From contig OZ024751.1 in assembly GCA_964016885.1 (NCBI GenBank), positions 4,278,001 to 4,342,000 of the forward strand: a DNA stretch of 64,000 nt, given 5' to 3'. The stretch comes from Eledone cirrhosa (taxonomy: Eukaryota). This document shows positions 61,605 through 64,000 of the stretch, in pieces (position 1 is the first letter of the stretch; each line of letters begins with the position of its first letter). Below the pieces are notes generated by a model. The model was not told the DNA's origin, searched no databases, and saw nothing but the letters and a program-made list of their open reading frames with translations. The position numbers were made by a program, and so were the translations under genes.

Positions 61605-62232
61605 CATACATAGAAGTGGTTGATAGCTTTTGCAATCTAGGTGACTTAATTAGCAGTGGAAGAGGCTGCTCTGAAAGATGAATAGCTAGAATAAGGATAG
61701 GATGGAAAAAGTTTAGAGAGCTACTGCAACAGTTGACCACAAAAGGTTTCTCTCTCTGTACAAAAGGACAACTGTATGACACGTGTGGGTGATGTGCAAT
61801 GATGTATGGTTACGAAACAAGGGCTGTGACTGTATAGGATATGTACACTGGAGAGAAATGGAACAACCATGTTTTGTAGGATATGTTGTGTAAATGTGAG
61901 AGAAAGGCAGAGCTTGGATGAGTTCAAGAAGAGTGATCTGAAGTGGTGTGTAAGAGAGAAGACTGTGTTTGTATGGATATGTGACGCACAAGGATAACGA
62001 CCACTGGGTTATGAAGTGCCAGGAAATCCCAGTAGAAGGAAGCCATAGTAGAGGTAGACCAAGAAAGACCTGGACAGAGGCTGTGTGAACTGACTGCAAA
62101 TAACTGGCTCTCACAGAGGCCATGACAAAGGAGCACGACGAGTTGAAAGATGCCATGTTGAGAAGGACCTGTCCAACCAAGCAAGCATGGAAAAACGGGC
62201 ATAAAAACAGTGATGATGTTGATGAAGATGAC
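61605..62232 (+). mobile_element. Old degenerate RTE LINE 3' portion
   Basis: Reads IEVVDSFCNLGDLISSGRGCSE..ARIRIGWKKFRELL..GRPRKTW with stops; (ATG)n-like tail. Confidence 0.75.
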
Positions 62233-63220
62233 ATACATGTACACACATACATACACAAATAAATCAAACACAGATATCATTTTTCATCATCATTTCATTT
62301 TACGCCCGCTTTTTCCTTGCTTGCAAGGGTGGGACGGGAACTGATTCTGGCTTGATTTCTACAGCTGGATGCCCTTCCTAACACCAACCTCATTTACAGT
62401 GAGTGCTGGGTGCTTTTTTTGCCGTGGCACCTCCACGACCACTTTGCAGTGGAATGATATGGACCCTAGTCCTATCATCTCATTTCTACAGCTGAGTAAA
62501 CTGGAGCAATGTGAAATAAAGTGTCTTGCTCAAGGAAACAACACATCACCCGGTCTGAGAATTGAACTCACAACATTTCGATTGCAAGGCCAATGCTCTA
62601 ACCACGAAGCCATGTGCCTCCATATGCACATACTTATATACAAACATATACACACATTTCTACATACATACATACATTCACATATATATAGCGTATGTAA
62701 ATTCTGAACAATACAGTTTTGTCAGCACAAGTCTTGGTAACAACTTCTACAAATAAAATGAAAGGAGAAGAATTTCTTAGTAAAACAGTTTTATTCAAAA
62801 TATTAACATTGGTGGGACTATTTTGGGTGAGTGATATGGTTTTTATCTTGTCTAATTATGTTGCATTAAGTAATCTTTTCAAGAGAACGATTTATCACAG
62901 ACATCACAGTGATATAGTTCAACTCCTGTAGATGTTAGTGTCTAGTGAAGCCACAACATTTAGTGAAGCATTTACCACAGACATCACAGTGATATGGTTC
63001 CTCTCCTGTATATGTTAGTGTCTAGTGAAGCCACAATATTTAGAAAATGATTTACCAAATATATCAAAGTGATATGGCTTCCCAGCTGTATGTATATGTT
63101 TGTGTGTAGTTAATGTAACATTCAAAGAGAATGATTTCCCTCAGATGTCACAATGATATGTATTTGTATTCCCATTAATTCACAAATTTGAGGGAATGAT
63201 TTGTCACTGATGTCAATCCG

Positions 63221-64000
63221 TTATGATTGCTCTTCTGCATGTATAAGTTTGTGAGTAGTTAGGCTACTTTTTCCAGAGAATGATATACCACAAATATCAC
63301 AGTGATATAGCTGGTCTCCTGTATGTATACGTTTATGCTTAATTAAGGAACTACTTTCAGAGAATGATTTACCACAGATATCACAGTGATATGGCTTGTC
63401 TCCTGTATGGGTACGTTTGTGGCTAGTTAAGTGACTAATTTGAGAGAATGATTTACCACAGATATCACAGTGGTATGGCTTGTCTCCTGTATGGGTACGT
63501 TTGTGCTTAGTTAAGTGACTAATTTGGAAGAATGATTTACCACAGATATCACAGTGATGTTGCTTTTCTCCAGTATGTATACGTTTGTGCTTAATTAAGG
63601 TACTACTTAAAGAGAATGATTTGCCACAGATATCACAGTGATATGGCTTGTCTCCTGTATGTATACGTTTGTGCTTAATTAAGGTACTTCTTACAGAGAA
63701 TGATTTACCACAGATTTCACAGTGATATGGCTTATCTCCTGTATGGGTACGTATGTGAATATTTAAGTGACTACTTCGAGAGAATGATTTACCACAGATA
63801 TCACAGTGATATGGCTTATCTCCTGTATGGGTACGTATGTGAGAAGTTAAGTTACTACTTCGAGAGAATGATTTACCACAGATATCACAGTGATATGGCT
63901 TGTCTCCTGTATGTATACGTTTGTGCTTAATTAAGGTACTACTTACAGAGAATGATTTACCACAGATATCGCACTGATATGGTTTCTCACCTGTATGGGT
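63221..64000 (-). CDS. 3' end of a tandem C2H2 zinc-finger protein gene (9 intact fingers in window; start lies beyond the right edge)
   Basis: Open minus frame [58 protein letters not shown]...[17 protein letters not shown], 84-bp period, stop at 63221-63223. Absent from the ORF track because there is no start in the window. Confidence 0.92.
   Translation of the reverse strand, partial: THTGEKPYQCDICGKSFSVSSTLIKHKRIHTGDKPYHCDICGKSFSRSSNLTSHIRTHTGDKPYHCDICGKSFSRSSHLNIHIRTHTGDKPYHCEICGKSFSVRSTLIKHKRIHTGDKPYHCDICGKSFSLSSTLIKHKRIHTGEKQHHCDICGKSFFQISHLTKHKRTHTGDKPYHCDICGKSFSQISHLTSHKRTHTGDKPYHCDICGKSFSESSSLIKHKRIHTGDQLYHCDICGISFSGKSSLTTHKLIHAEEQS

Noticed and set aside
63700-63930. Plus-strand 76-aa repetitive ORF
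   Set aside because: Antisense to the C2H2 zinc-finger frame.

Overview
Eukaryotic, repeat-saturated, (TA)n-rich genomic DNA, most likely an octopus or other coleoid cephalopod. This is inferred from the repeat families and the [16 protein letters not shown]-type zinc-finger array. Positions 1-20034 are a highly homogeneous ~470-bp tandem satellite: about 40 units on one strand, then a ~2.8-unit inverted block. Main observation: every unit carries a minimal type I hammerhead ribozyme motif on the strand opposite the 133-aa ORF (AACGGUG-CUGAUGA-UAGCU AACA AGCUU-GAAAC UA GUA^CAUCGUU) plus an octamer motif. The satellite therefore looks like a self-cleaving, retrozyme/satellite-2-like array. The rest of the window holds five further, unrelated hammerhead families in Penelope-type pLTR-like direct and inverted repeats. 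It also contains a Penelope-like RT/GIY-YIG element with one frameshift, several RTE-clade LINE copies, an R4/Dong-like RLE fragment, tRNA-derived SINEs, local segmental duplications, huge TA microsatellites and a 200-N gap. The 3' end of a C2H2 zinc-finger gene lies at the right edge. All ribozyme calls come from reading and folding by eye; none has been tested computationally or experimentally.
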